Under the pieces are notes generated by a model, which was given only the letters and a program-made list of their open reading frames with translations, was not told the origin of the DNA and ran no database searches. This document shows positions 1 to 8,972 of a stretch of DNA of 20,000 bases, piece after piece. A program made the position numbers and the translations under genes. Origin of the DNA: an uncultured virus (IMG/VR IMGVR_UViG_3300001683_000027) (taxonomy: Duplodnaviria; Heunggongvirae; Uroviricota; Caudoviricetes); IMG/VR virus record IMGVR_UViG_3300001683_000027. One strand, given 5' to 3'. Every line of letters begins with the position of its first letter. The stretch's first letter is position 1.

Positions 1-1203
1 TGTAAAGCACTCAATAAAGGTAACATAGATTTCTCTAATAACTCTACTATGGTCGCGCGCGCGACGTCTGGTTCATCTATACGTTCTATGTCTGTTAACT
101 TACTGTATCTTGATGAGTTTGCTTTTGTCGAAAAGGCAGATACATTCTACACATCAACCTATCCTGTAATCACCTCTGGTAAAACTACTAAGGTTATTAT
201 CACTTCGACAGCAAATGGTATAGGTAACACGTTCCATAAACTATGGGAAGGATCAGTCCAAGGTACTAACAACTACGCATCTACACGAGTCGATTGGTGG
301 GATGTGCCGGGAAGAGACGAGGCCTGGAAGAACGAAACGATTGCAAACACTTCACAATTACAGTTCGACCAAGAGTATGGGAATACTTTTTTCGGGACAG
401 GCGACACATTAATTAACGCAGAAACGCTGATGTCTTTTAGAACAGCACCGCCCCTGCGTTACATGGATCGTGGTCTTTTCTTAGTATATTCCGAGCCCTG
501 CGCAGAGCACGAGTACATCATGACCGTTGATGTCTCGAAGGGAAGAGGTCAGGACTATTCTACGTTCAACATAATTGATATTTCGACACGCCCTTTTAAA
601 CAAGTGGCGGTGTACCGGAACAATACTATTTCTCCAATACTCTTCCCTAATGTTATATATAAGTATGCAACTGTCTACAATGAGGCATACGTTGTAATAG
701 AAAACAACGATCAAGGTACGGTTGTCTGTAATGGATTATATCTTGACCTTGAATACGAAAACGTCCATGTAACCTCCGCTATAAAGTCCGATGCTATTGG
801 TATTGATATGAACCGCAAGACGAAACGTCTTGGATGTTCAGCGATCAAAGATATTCTAGAAGAAAGACAACTAGAGATATACGACGAAGAAACTATTAAA
901 GAAATATCAACATTCGAAGCAAAGCGTCAGTCATACGAAGCGTCAGATGGTAATCACGATGACCTGATGATGAATCTTGTCATGTTTGGATACTTTGCTA
1001 GTACTCAGTTCTTCTCCGATATGACTGATGTCAACCTCAAACAAATTCTATTCCAAGAAAAGGTTAGGCAGATAGAACAAGACATTGTACCGTTTGGTTT
1101 TATTGATAACGGTGACGACTACATTGAAGAACTAGAGTGGGAAAGAAAGAACAGAGAAGATCGCGAGAATTGGTTGATTAGTGACAATTACAATGTTTTC
1201 TAG
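1..1203 (+). CDS. gp17: Terminase large subunit, T4 gp17-like (5'-truncated by window edge)
   Basis: Frame open from base 1 (CKALNKGNIDFSNNSTMVARATSGSSIR...). Walker B LLYLDEFAFV, coupling motif ITSTANG, nuclease motifs VDVSKGRGQDYS, IENND and HDDLMM. Lies directly upstream of the sheath gene as in T4. Confidence 0.97.
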   Translation, partial: CKALNKGNIDFSNNSTMVARATSGSSIRSMSVNLLYLDEFAFVEKADTFYTSTYPVITSGKTTKVIITSTANGIGNTFHKLWEGSVQGTNNYASTRVDWWDVPGRDEAWKNETIANTSQLQFDQEYGNTFFGTGDTLINAETLMSFRTAPPLRYMDRGLFLVYSEPCAEHEYIMTVDVSKGRGQDYSTFNIIDISTRPFKQVAVYRNNTISPILFPNVIYKYATVYNEAYVVIENNDQGTVVCNGLYLDLEYENVHVTSAIKSDAIGIDMNRKTKRLGCSAIKDILEERQLEIYDEETIKEISTFEAKRQSYEASDGNHDDLMMNLVMFGYFASTQFFSDMTDVNLKQILFQEKVRQIEQDIVPFGFIDNGDDYIEELEWERKNREDRENWLISDNYNVF

Positions 1204-1220
1204 CGTCAACTATTGTTTTT

Positions 1221-1228
1221 TATAAATA
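1221..1228 (+). promoter_or_regulatory. T4-type late promoter (gp55-dependent) TATAAATA
   Basis: Exact consensus in the intergenic gap upstream of gp18. Confidence 0.88.
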
Positions 1229-1297
1229 ATTCATTGAGATTACGATCCGTATTATGAAACCCCTTATTATTAGCTAATAGAGAAAGGAATAACAATC

Positions 1298-3058
1298 ATG
1301 GCACTTAACACTTCATTGTCTCCTGCCATTACAATCCGAGAAGTCGACCTATCAGGTGTTGTACCTGCTACACAAACTTCAATCGGTGCGTTTGTCGGAG
1401 AGTTCAATTGGGGCCCTGTGGATGAACCAATTCTGATAGATAACGAAGGAACCTTGGTTACTAGATTTGGTACTCCCAGCGCAACAAGCGCAGATGAATT
1501 TCTGTCTGCCGCTTCATTTTTACGATATTCACAAAGTCTTCAGGTAGTTCGGACAATTGATGACGACGCAACAACTGGTGGTAAAAACGCTTACGATACT
1601 GTAGCGACTACCCTAGCAGCTGCATCACGTCCTCTTGTCAAGAACGCTGATGCCTTTGACACACAATCAGCAGCACTTAATTCTGATGGTCACACATTCA
1701 TCTCGCGATATGCTGGTGCTAGTGGTTCTAGTCTTAGTATACAAATTTGTCCTACGTCGGTTGCAGATTCTGCATACAATGCCTGGACATACAATAACGA
1801 GTTTGATGCTGCGCCTGGAACATCTACCTTTGTTTCAAGCGTAAGCGGTAGCAACGACGAGATGCACGTCGTCGTTATAGACGACAACGGTCTTATTTCT
1901 GGTACAGTTGGCGCTGTTCTTGAGAAGTTTGCCTACGTATCGGCTGCGACAGACGCAAAGACAACAGACGGAACTGCTAACCATGTCCTTGATGTTGTTA
2001 GAAATCGTTCTGAGTATGTTCATGCGGTAAGTCTTAATCAAGACTCTGATGGTGGTGCTACGTCTTTCACATTGACTGGTGCGGCGAATACTGACTTTAT
2101 TCTTACCGACGACAATGTGAAAACATATTCTCTTGGAAACGGAGAACTTGGTAGTGCTATTAGCACCGCTGATTATCTACTTGGTTTCGACCAGTTCGAG
2201 AATGTTGAAGAGATTACAGTTGATTTCTTGATTGCTCCAGGTTTGTCTCTAGAAGCAGATCAAACTACAGTTGTCAACGATTTGATTGCGACTGCTGCTA
2301 CAATCCGTAAGGACTGTGTTGTTGTCGCTTCTCCGAATCGGGCATCAGTTGTTGGTAATGCAGCAACAAGCATTGTGACTGATACTGTTACTTTCGCTGA
2401 TACGCTTACTGCTTCTTCATACCTCTTTTTAGATAACAACTATCTGAAAGTGTATGATAAGTACAACGATCAGTATGTTACAATTCCTGCTGCAGCGAGT
2501 ACTGCTGGAATCATGGCCAATACCGATAGGGTTGCTGCTTCTTGGCACTCACCTGCAGGTAATCGTCGTGGTAATTATCTTGGTATTACTTCATTGGCAT
2601 ACTCTGCTTCGAAGTCACAAAGAGATACATTGTACAAGAATGGAATTAACCCAGTGGTTAATATTCCAGGACAGGGACCGATTCTATTTGGCGATAAGAC
2701 CAAAGAATCACGTCCGTCAGCCTTTGATCGTATTAACGTTCGAAGACTGTTCCTAACAATCGAACGCGCTATTGGTGCAGCTGCCAGAAACGTTATGTTC
2801 GAATTCAATGACGAGTTCACAAGAGCAGAATTCGTTGGTATCGTCGAACCATTCCTACGTCAAGTCCAAGGACAACGTGGTATCTCGGACTTCCGAGTGG
2901 TTTGTGATGAGACCAACAATACCTCAGCGGTCGTTGATAGAAATGAGTTTGTGTTTGACGTCTTCGTTAAACCAGCACGTTCTATTAACTACGTTATTCT
3001 GAACTTTGTTGCTGTTCGTTCTGGTGTTGACTTCTCTGAAGTCGTTGGCACAGTTTAA
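1298..3058 (+). CDS. gp18: Contractile tail sheath protein, T4 gp18-like
   Basis: N-term SPAITIREVDLS and GEFNWGPVDE; C-term WHSPAGNRRG, LYKNGINPV, FGDKT, FDRINVRRLF, KPARSINYVILNFVA. AAGGA RBS. Confidence 0.97.
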   Translation: MALNTSLSPAITIREVDLSGVVPATQTSIGAFVGEFNWGPVDEPILIDNEGTLVTRFGTPSATSADEFLSAASFLRYSQSLQVVRTIDDDATTGGKNAYDTVATTLAAASRPLVKNADAFDTQSAALNSDGHTFISRYAGASGSSLSIQICPTSVADSAYNAWTYNNEFDAAPGTSTFVSSVSGSNDEMHVVVIDDNGLISGTVGAVLEKFAYVSAATDAKTTDGTANHVLDVVRNRSEYVHAVSLNQDSDGGATSFTLTGAANTDFILTDDNVKTYSLGNGELGSAISTADYLLGFDQFENVEEITVDFLIAPGLSLEADQTTVVNDLIATAATIRKDCVVVASPNRASVVGNAATSIVTDTVTFADTLTASSYLFLDNNYLKVYDKYNDQYVTIPAAASTAGIMANTDRVAASWHSPAGNRRGNYLGITSLAYSASKSQRDTLYKNGINPVVNIPGQGPILFGDKTKESRPSAFDRINVRRLFLTIERAIGAAARNVMFEFNDEFTRAEFVGIVEPFLRQVQGQRGISDFRVVCDETNNTSAVVDRNEFVFDVFVKPARSINYVILNFVAVRSGVDFSEVVGTV

Positions 3059-3073
3059 TAAAGGAGAATAAAA

Positions 3074-3613
3074 ATGGCTGTATTATCCGTAGACACATTT
3101 AAATCAAGACTAGTAGGTGGCGGAGCGCGTCCGAATCTGTTCGAGGTCAGGTTGACCTTTCCAACGGCGCTCGGCATTACCAACCCGGCCGAAGCGGAGA
3201 AAACTTCGCTTATGGTTAAAGGTGCTTCACTTCCTGCTTCTACCATCGCACCGATCCCTGTACCATTTAGGGGTCGTGTTTTGCAAATCGCTGGAGATAG
3301 AACTTTCGATCCATGGACTGTCACTATTATCAATGACACGGATTTCGAAATTAGAAATGCAATGGAACAGTGGATGGATGGGATGAATTCTCATTCTAAA
3401 AACACTGGTGAAATCAATCCAGGAAACTACCAAGCAGATTTGGAAGTCGATCAACTGGATAAAAACGAAACCGCAATTAAAGGTTACAAGTTTGTCGGTT
3501 GTTTTCCATCTGCAGTTTCTGAGATTGATCTTCAGTATGACACTAATGATACCATCGAAGAGTTTACTGTGGAGTTCCAAGTGCAATACTGGACGAGTAA
3601 TACTACATCTTAA
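3074..3613 (+). CDS. gp19: Tail tube protein, T4 gp19-like
   Basis: GGARPNLFEV, FRGRVLQIAGDRTFDPWTVTIIND, IEEFTVEFQVQYW. AAGGAG RBS; follows sheath. Confidence 0.97.
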   Translation: MAVLSVDTFKSRLVGGGARPNLFEVRLTFPTALGITNPAEAEKTSLMVKGASLPASTIAPIPVPFRGRVLQIAGDRTFDPWTVTIINDTDFEIRNAMEQWMDGMNSHSKNTGEINPGNYQADLEVDQLDKNETAIKGYKFVGCFPSAVSEIDLQYDTNDTIEEFTVEFQVQYWTSNTTS

Positions 3614-3619
3614 CTCGGT

Positions 3620-3627
3620 ACTAAATA
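3620..3627 (+). promoter_or_regulatory. Possible variant late promoter ACTAAATA upstream of portal
   Basis: Retains TAAATA core; intergenic, at the edge of the terminator 5' arm. Confidence 0.45.
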
Positions 3628-3662
3628 AAGGGGACTTCTTTCGGGGAGTCTCCTTTTATTTT
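3627..3662 (+). terminator. Intrinsic terminator after gp19 (UUCG loop)
   Basis: AAAGGGGACTTCT-TTCG-GGGAGTCTCCTTT, 13-bp stem with three G-U pairs, followed by a T-rich tract. Confidence 0.8.
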
Positions 3663-3676
3663 ATTCGGAACATATT

Positions 3677-5416
3677 ATGGCAGAAGAAGCTACTGGCGGG
3701 TTGAAGTTGTTTGGCTTCGAACTCAAGCGAGTTACCAAAAAGAAAGAGAATAAGAATCTCGAATCTATTGTGCCACCAGTCGATGACGACGGCGCAGGAT
3801 ATGTTACTGCATCAGGGTTACACTCAGGACAATTCCTGAATCTCGACGGCCAAGATGCCAAAGATAGTAAAGAATTAGTAAACAAATATCGCGCTGTATC
3901 GCTCCATCCGGATGTTGATATGGCAATCGAAGAAATTGTGAACGAATCAATTTCTGCTTCAGAACTTAGGTCCTCTGTCGAACTATCATTAGATGACGTT
4001 GATACTTCAGACAATATCAAAGAAGAAATTCAAGAAGAGTTCAGCCAAATTATATCGATGTTGAAGTTCAATGAACTTGGACATGACATCTTTCGATCAT
4101 GGTACATCGACGGGCGAATAGTTCACCACCTTGTTGTGGACGACAAAAATTTAAAACTCGGCATCCAAGAAATCAGACCAATAGATGCTGCAAAGATAAA
4201 GAAAGTAAAACAAGTAAAGTATAAGAAAAATCAAGAAACTGGCGTTGAGATTGTAGATAAGGTGGATGAGTTTTATGTCTTCGAAAAGACATCACCTAAA
4301 AATCCTGCGATTGCTGGTGTTTCTCACGGTGTGCAGTTATCTGTAGACGCTGTTAGTTATGTCACGTCAGGTATGTTAGACGAGACACGAAAGAAAGTTG
4401 TTTCTCATCTCCACAAATCACTCAAATCAATCAACCAGTTAAGATGGATGGAAGATTCGCTTGTCATCTATCGTCTCGCGCGCGCACCTGAAAGAAGAAT
4501 CTTTTATGTTGACGTTGGCAACATGGCGAAAGGCAAAGCAGAAGAGTACATGAAAGGTATCATGTCTCGATATAGAAACAAACTGGTATACGACGCGTCT
4601 ACTGGTGAGATGAAAGATGATCGGAAGCATATGTCTATGCTGGAAGACTTTTGGTTACCTCGACGTGAAGGTGGTAAAGGAACTGAGATCACTACACTTC
4701 CAGGTGGCGAGAATCTAGGCCAGATCGACGACATCCTATACTTCCAAAAGAAGTTATTCCGAGCACTGAACGTTCCTACTAGTAGATTAGAACAGGAAAC
4801 ACCGTTCTCGTTAGGACGTTCGTCAGAAATAACACGAGAAGAACTTAAGTTTCAGAAATTCATCGATAGACTTCGTCGACGATTCAGCAATGTATTCCTA
4901 GGCGTACTTAAAAAGCAACTGATCCTTAAAGGAATCATAACAGAACAAGACTGGAATGATTGGAAAAACGATATCTTTGTTGATTTCGTGAGAGACAATC
5001 AGTTCGCTGAACTGAAAGAACTTGAGATTTTCAGAGAAAGAATCGCAGCACTCAACGAGATTGCACCATACGTCGGAGAGTATTACACTAAAGAATGGGT
5101 CATGAAGAATATTCTTAGAATGTCCGACGATGAATACGACGAAATGGACAAGGACTTAGAGACAGAACCACCTCCAATGGGAATGGAAGAGGAAGAACCT
5201 GCACCGAAAGCAGAACCCAAATCTAAACCTGCACCGAAAGCAGAGCCCAAACCACCTAGTAAGAGTGGCGCTGGTTCCGATGCTGACAAACCTATACCAG
5301 ATAAACTCGCGCCAGAACTAGCATCTAAACTCGAAGTAGAACGATACATTCCTAACGGTGAAGAAGAACTCATTGAATCTATGATTGGATTCGTGAATAA
5401 AATGAATGAGGAATAA
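3677..5416 (+). CDS. gp20: Portal vertex protein, T4 gp20-like, with low-complexity C-terminal extension
   Basis: FRSWYIDGR, EDSLVIYRLARAPERRIFYVDVGN, EDFWLPRREGGKGTEITTLPGG, LFRALNVPTSRL, EITREELKF. Confidence 0.97.
   Translation: MAEEATGGLKLFGFELKRVTKKKENKNLESIVPPVDDDGAGYVTASGLHSGQFLNLDGQDAKDSKELVNKYRAVSLHPDVDMAIEEIVNESISASELRSSVELSLDDVDTSDNIKEEIQEEFSQIISMLKFNELGHDIFRSWYIDGRIVHHLVVDDKNLKLGIQEIRPIDAAKIKKVKQVKYKKNQETGVEIVDKVDEFYVFEKTSPKNPAIAGVSHGVQLSVDAVSYVTSGMLDETRKKVVSHLHKSLKSINQLRWMEDSLVIYRLARAPERRIFYVDVGNMAKGKAEEYMKGIMSRYRNKLVYDASTGEMKDDRKHMSMLEDFWLPRREGGKGTEITTLPGGENLGQIDDILYFQKKLFRALNVPTSRLEQETPFSLGRSSEITREELKFQKFIDRLRRRFSNVFLGVLKKQLILKGIITEQDWNDWKNDIFVDFVRDNQFAELKELEIFRERIAALNEIAPYVGEYYTKEWVMKNILRMSDDEYDEMDKDLETEPPPMGMEEEEPAPKAEPKSKPAPKAEPKPPSKSGAGSDADKPIPDKLAPELASKLEVERYIPNGEEELIESMIGFVNKMNEE
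5196..5251 (+). repeat. 26-bp direct repeat (30-bp period) encoding PAPKAEPK x2 in the portal tail
   Basis: AACCTGCACCGAAAGCAGAACCCAAA (5196-5221) vs AACCTGCACCGAAAGCAGAGCCCAAA (5226-5251), one mismatch. Confidence 0.9.
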
Positions 5417-5418
5417 GG

Positions 5419-6528
5419 GTGACACAACTTTCGCCTATCACCACTACTGCGTTTTCGTTAGCGTACACGAAAAAAGAATTCGACAGACTTTCTAAAACCT
5501 TAGAGCAAACTGTGTTGACTCCTGGACCGCAAGGTGAACAGGGACTTCGTGGTTACAAAGGCGATAAGGGTGTGAAGGGCGACCGTGGTCAGACTGGTTC
5601 GACTGGAATTCAGGGAGAAAAAGGTGATGCGGGTACAGACGGTAATGATGGTGAACAAGGTGTTACCGGCGAAGTCGGTGCACAAGGAGAATCGGGACAA
5701 CAAGGACCACAGGGAGAAAGTGGTCCGCAGGGGAAGAAAGGTGAAGCGGGAGAACAAGGAACAGTTGGTCCCGAAGGCACTATAGGTGCGCGCGGCGGGC
5801 GCGGTGAGAAAGGCGATGAGGGCGTTCCTGGAGTCGCAGGAGCAGCTGGTGCTATTGGACCATATGGAGATAAGGGTGACCAAGGAATTCCTGGTACGGC
5901 GGGATCCAGAGGCACCAAGGGTACGTCTGGTACTAAAGGTGGCAAAGGTGATGTCGGCGAGAAGGGTGATCGAGGCGATACTGGTTCACCCGGCGAGAAA
6001 GGCGATATCGGCGATCAAGGTACGCCAGCGCCAGACTACAGAAAAGAATTTGAGCAACTCGTAAAGGATTTCAATGTTCGAGTTGGAGAGAATCAAGAGT
6101 TAATAAATAAGAACGTGGATCAGCAGATTCGTAGATTGTCGAGTTTTGCCGGAGGTGGTGGTTCATATAAGATACTAGACAATGCAGATGTTGATAAAAC
6201 ACGTTTGTCTAGTGTAATCGGTGATAGCATTTTGGTGTTTGATCCTAATAAAAAGAAGTTTGTTGTTCAATCATTCTTAACAATATTAGACAGACTAAAG
6301 GCAGACTTAGAAGTGCAATACGATAAATTAATAGACGAAGTGTCCGAATCTGGATTTACTTATGTTGGTGAAGCAGTTCCAGGCACAGACAAGTCTGCGA
6401 CTACTTGGAGAATCAAACGAATAAAAGAATTTGCAGACGGCGATCTCGATATCCTTTGGGCTAACGGCACCGCCTCTTTCGATAAAACTTGGAATGATCG
6501 TGCAACATATACATACAGTGCAGATTAA
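5419..6528 (+). CDS. Collagen-like fibre protein (56 uninterrupted Gly-X-Y triplets, helical segment, small C-terminal Trp-rich domain)
   Basis: GTG start with GAGG RBS, 2 nt after the portal stop. G-X-Y run at 5524-6027. C-term YVGEAVPGTDKSATTWRIKRI...WANGTASFDKTWNDRATYTY. Confidence 0.9.
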   Translation: MTQLSPITTTAFSLAYTKKEFDRLSKTLEQTVLTPGPQGEQGLRGYKGDKGVKGDRGQTGSTGIQGEKGDAGTDGNDGEQGVTGEVGAQGESGQQGPQGESGPQGKKGEAGEQGTVGPEGTIGARGGRGEKGDEGVPGVAGAAGAIGPYGDKGDQGIPGTAGSRGTKGTSGTKGGKGDVGEKGDRGDTGSPGEKGDIGDQGTPAPDYRKEFEQLVKDFNVRVGENQELINKNVDQQIRRLSSFAGGGGSYKILDNADVDKTRLSSVIGDSILVFDPNKKKFVVQSFLTILDRLKADLEVQYDKLIDEVSESGFTYVGEAVPGTDKSATTWRIKRIKEFADGDLDILWANGTASFDKTWNDRATYTYSAD

Positions 6529-6532
6529 TTCT

Positions 6533-6540
6533 TATAAATA
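6533..6540 (+). promoter_or_regulatory. T4-type late promoter TATAAATA
   Basis: Exact consensus just after the collagen stop, upstream of the 672-aa gene. Confidence 0.88.
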
Positions 6541-6604
6541 AACGTAATACAAACTTAACTTTTTGTCATGCTAATTTGATCAACTTAATAGAGGAATATA
6601 TTCC

Positions 6605-8623
6605 ATGGCAACTATCGTCTCAGCAGCATTAATTAATGCTACAACTGAAACTGAGGTTAACATCGATGCGTCAACCAGAGACATCACACTAAATTTAGCG
6701 GGAAATCTGTCGGCAACTGGTGTTACACTTCAGGCTCTGTACTCATATTTAAAGAAAGCGTGGCGAGTCCAAGACTTCACCATCACAGGTGGTTCTAGTA
6801 CCGGTACTACAGTCACAGTCACTAATGTCACTAACGTGTTGCCAGGAATGGCAGTTGCAGTTACTGCTGGTACTGGTACTATTACCGCTGCTGCCACTGT
6901 CGTGTCTATTGATAGTGCGACAACGTTTACTTTGAGTGAAACACCTTCTCTTGCACTATCTGGTGCAACCGTACAATTTGTTAACCACTTGATCGAATAT
7001 CCATTCCCTCTGGTAGCAATTACTCCAGAACAGTTTGAATTTTCGTTTGATTGGTCTCCAGTTGATGATACTTCACGTAAGTTGATTCGTACTTCTGGTT
7101 GGAAAGAAATTAATACTGCTGGCACAATTCAAAAAGAATTTGTTGGTATTATCTCACTTGGTACCATCGACGGTGCTCAAGATGGTGCTGGTGGTGGTGA
7201 TCAAGACGTACCTTACTTTGCATTTAGAGCGTCCGGTACAATTCCTTACGGTACTACGGCAGCGTTTACGTATGCTGGTGAAATCAACGAAGCAATTCAG
7301 ACCTTCCAAATCGCCGGAACAGATAATAGACTTGCAGAACTTGCGCTCTTCGTTCGAGAAGAAGGTAAGACTTTCGGTAAGGCAGATACAGTCTCTATCG
7401 GTATTTCATCTGGTAGTGCAATTGGCGCACAGGCCTTCCGATTCCCGCTTGCAGAAGCGAATGATCTTAACTACACTGTTACAGATGCCATCATCGCGGC
7501 CGCCGACGCTAGTGGACAGTTTTACGATTTAACCGTAGGACAAGGTCCAACAATTGAGTACTTCGCAACCAATCAGTTGTCTACAACGTTCTTGGCAGCG
7601 AATAGTAAACCTGATTTAACAACACCTCGAAACTTTGGTGTGCTTATCGACGCTACTGCTGGTGATGCTACTACTACTAACGCGTCTGGATTCTTAACGC
7701 TTCAGGAATTATATTCTTGGACGAAATATCGTTTGCGTCAAACAACTACTATTGACGATGAAGGTGGCGTTGATGCTGCTGTTCAGATTGGTAATACTTC
7801 GGATGAACTATTAACGTTCGTTGGTTCTGAATTACAAACGTTGTTAGTGCAAAACGCTGACGGTGCAACAACGCCATCTGGTGTTGCAATTGAAAACTTC
7901 GCGTCAACTGATATTGGTAACTTAGCATTTAAATATAACGGTGCGGGCCCTGTTGATTTACAGAGATTCCCACTAGTTGCTTCAGGATCAATCAGTTTTA
8001 ACTCAAACCTTTCTGAAGATCCTACTGCTACTTACACCATGTATTATCAGTATACTCGTCAGTACAATGTTTCAAATATTATTTGGACACAAGTTTCTGG
8101 TTCAACCGGAACATTGACTAGAACCGTAGGCGATCTTTTACCTATAACAACCACTGGTGATTACATCGATGTAAGTGGATTTACAGATGTTAACCTAAAT
8201 GGTGTGTATTTGATTACTGCCGCGACAAGTACTAGTACTATTAATGTAACTCGTATTGATGACTTAACATTACCTGCTTCTGAAACACAAACCACTGGTG
8301 CTTTAAACTTTAGGTTCAATCCAGTTGATTCACCTGCTGCAATTATCGTACTCAAAGCGGATCAGACAACTCAGATTCGAGATAGTGTACCTCAAGTCAC
8401 AGGTGGTAGTTCTGTAACATTCGATTATGGATATACAAACGATTTAACGCCTGGTTCGGCAAACGTTGTGGAAAATCGTACAACAAACACCGATGTACCT
8501 ATCACAATTCGTGCTTCTGGAACTACTAAAGCACAATGGGTTAACACTTTAGGTACAATTGAAACAGGAAACGCAAACAACCTCTCGGTTGTAGCACCTC
8601 TTGAAAGAAACTATGCCGCGTAA
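6605..8623 (+). CDS. Putative virion structural protein (672 aa, Thr/Gly/Ala-rich, beta-rich), candidate major subunit of the inserted cassette
   Basis: AGAGGA RBS, own late promoter and downstream terminator, MA- start, two TLQxLYS motifs, C-terminal LERNY. Confidence 0.75.
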   Translation: MATIVSAALINATTETEVNIDASTRDITLNLAGNLSATGVTLQALYSYLKKAWRVQDFTITGGSSTGTTVTVTNVTNVLPGMAVAVTAGTGTITAAATVVSIDSATTFTLSETPSLALSGATVQFVNHLIEYPFPLVAITPEQFEFSFDWSPVDDTSRKLIRTSGWKEINTAGTIQKEFVGIISLGTIDGAQDGAGGGDQDVPYFAFRASGTIPYGTTAAFTYAGEINEAIQTFQIAGTDNRLAELALFVREEGKTFGKADTVSIGISSGSAIGAQAFRFPLAEANDLNYTVTDAIIAAADASGQFYDLTVGQGPTIEYFATNQLSTTFLAANSKPDLTTPRNFGVLIDATAGDATTTNASGFLTLQELYSWTKYRLRQTTTIDDEGGVDAAVQIGNTSDELLTFVGSELQTLLVQNADGATTPSGVAIENFASTDIGNLAFKYNGAGPVDLQRFPLVASGSISFNSNLSEDPTATYTMYYQYTRQYNVSNIIWTQVSGSTGTLTRTVGDLLPITTTGDYIDVSGFTDVNLNGVYLITAATSTSTINVTRIDDLTLPASETQTTGALNFRFNPVDSPAAIIVLKADQTTQIRDSVPQVTGGSSVTFDYGYTNDLTPGSANVVENRTTNTDVPITIRASGTTKAQWVNTLGTIETGNANNLSVVAPLERNYAA

Positions 8624-8639
8624 TAGATAGTATGTGAAC

Positions 8640-8665
8640 GGGGGAGTTTTCTCCCCCACTTTTTT
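8640..8665 (+). terminator. Intrinsic terminator after the 672-aa gene
   Basis: GGGGGAG-TTTT-CTCCCCC perfect 7-bp stem, then AC-TTTTTT. Confidence 0.82.
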
Positions 8666-8681
8666 ATTTAAAGGATTGATT

Positions 8682-8972
8682 ATGAAAATTAGTATTGAAC
8701 AAGCCGCAGAAATTATGTCAATGGAACCAGACGAACTTCTTATGGAAGTCCAATCTGTCGATACTGTAACAGCACACTTCGTTGCTCCTTCCGATATGTT
8801 ATACAATGATGATGGCACTGTTCAGTTTGTGGACGGTGATCCGAATCCCACATGGGAATTTGATATGACAGAGATTCTTGATCATAAAAAAGTATTGGAT
8901 GAGAAACGTCAAGCAGAAGGTGCCGAGAAATTGTCACAAGCAGTTAGAACTGCATTGGATTTAGAAGGATAA
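8682..8972 (+). CDS. Acidic 96-aa protein with excisionase/MerR-type HTH-like pattern
   Basis: Likely start is ATG 8682 after AAGGA; the track's 8634 start runs through the terminator. ISIEQAAEIMSMEPDELL...WEFDMTEI. Confidence 0.7.
   Translation: MKISIEQAAEIMSMEPDELLMEVQSVDTVTAHFVAPSDMLYNDDGTVQFVDGDPNPTWEFDMTEILDHKKVLDEKRQAEGAEKLSQAVRTALDLEG

Noticed and set aside
49..51. ATG 49 as terminase start
   Set aside because: Frame is open from base 1 and the Walker A region is missing; the gene starts upstream of the window.
1268..1279. 12-bp palindrome TATTAGCTAATA in the gp18 leader
   Set aside because: AT-rich and loopless with no second copy noticed; plausible by chance.
1298..3613. Sheath and tube as a bacterial contractile injection system or tailocin
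   Set aside because: Flanked by terminase, portal, protease, scaffold and capsid genes with T4 late promoters, so this is a phage.
5500..6064. Alternative-frame and antisense ORFs over the collagen region, including the Pro-periodic 5610-5945
   Set aside because: Shadows of GGN-periodic codons; no RBS or promoter.
8634..8681. Longer N-terminus for the 96-aa ORF (likewise track starts 9080, 14618 and 19271)
   Set aside because: These starts run through a terminator or overlap upstream genes; downstream ATGs have better RBS or coupling.
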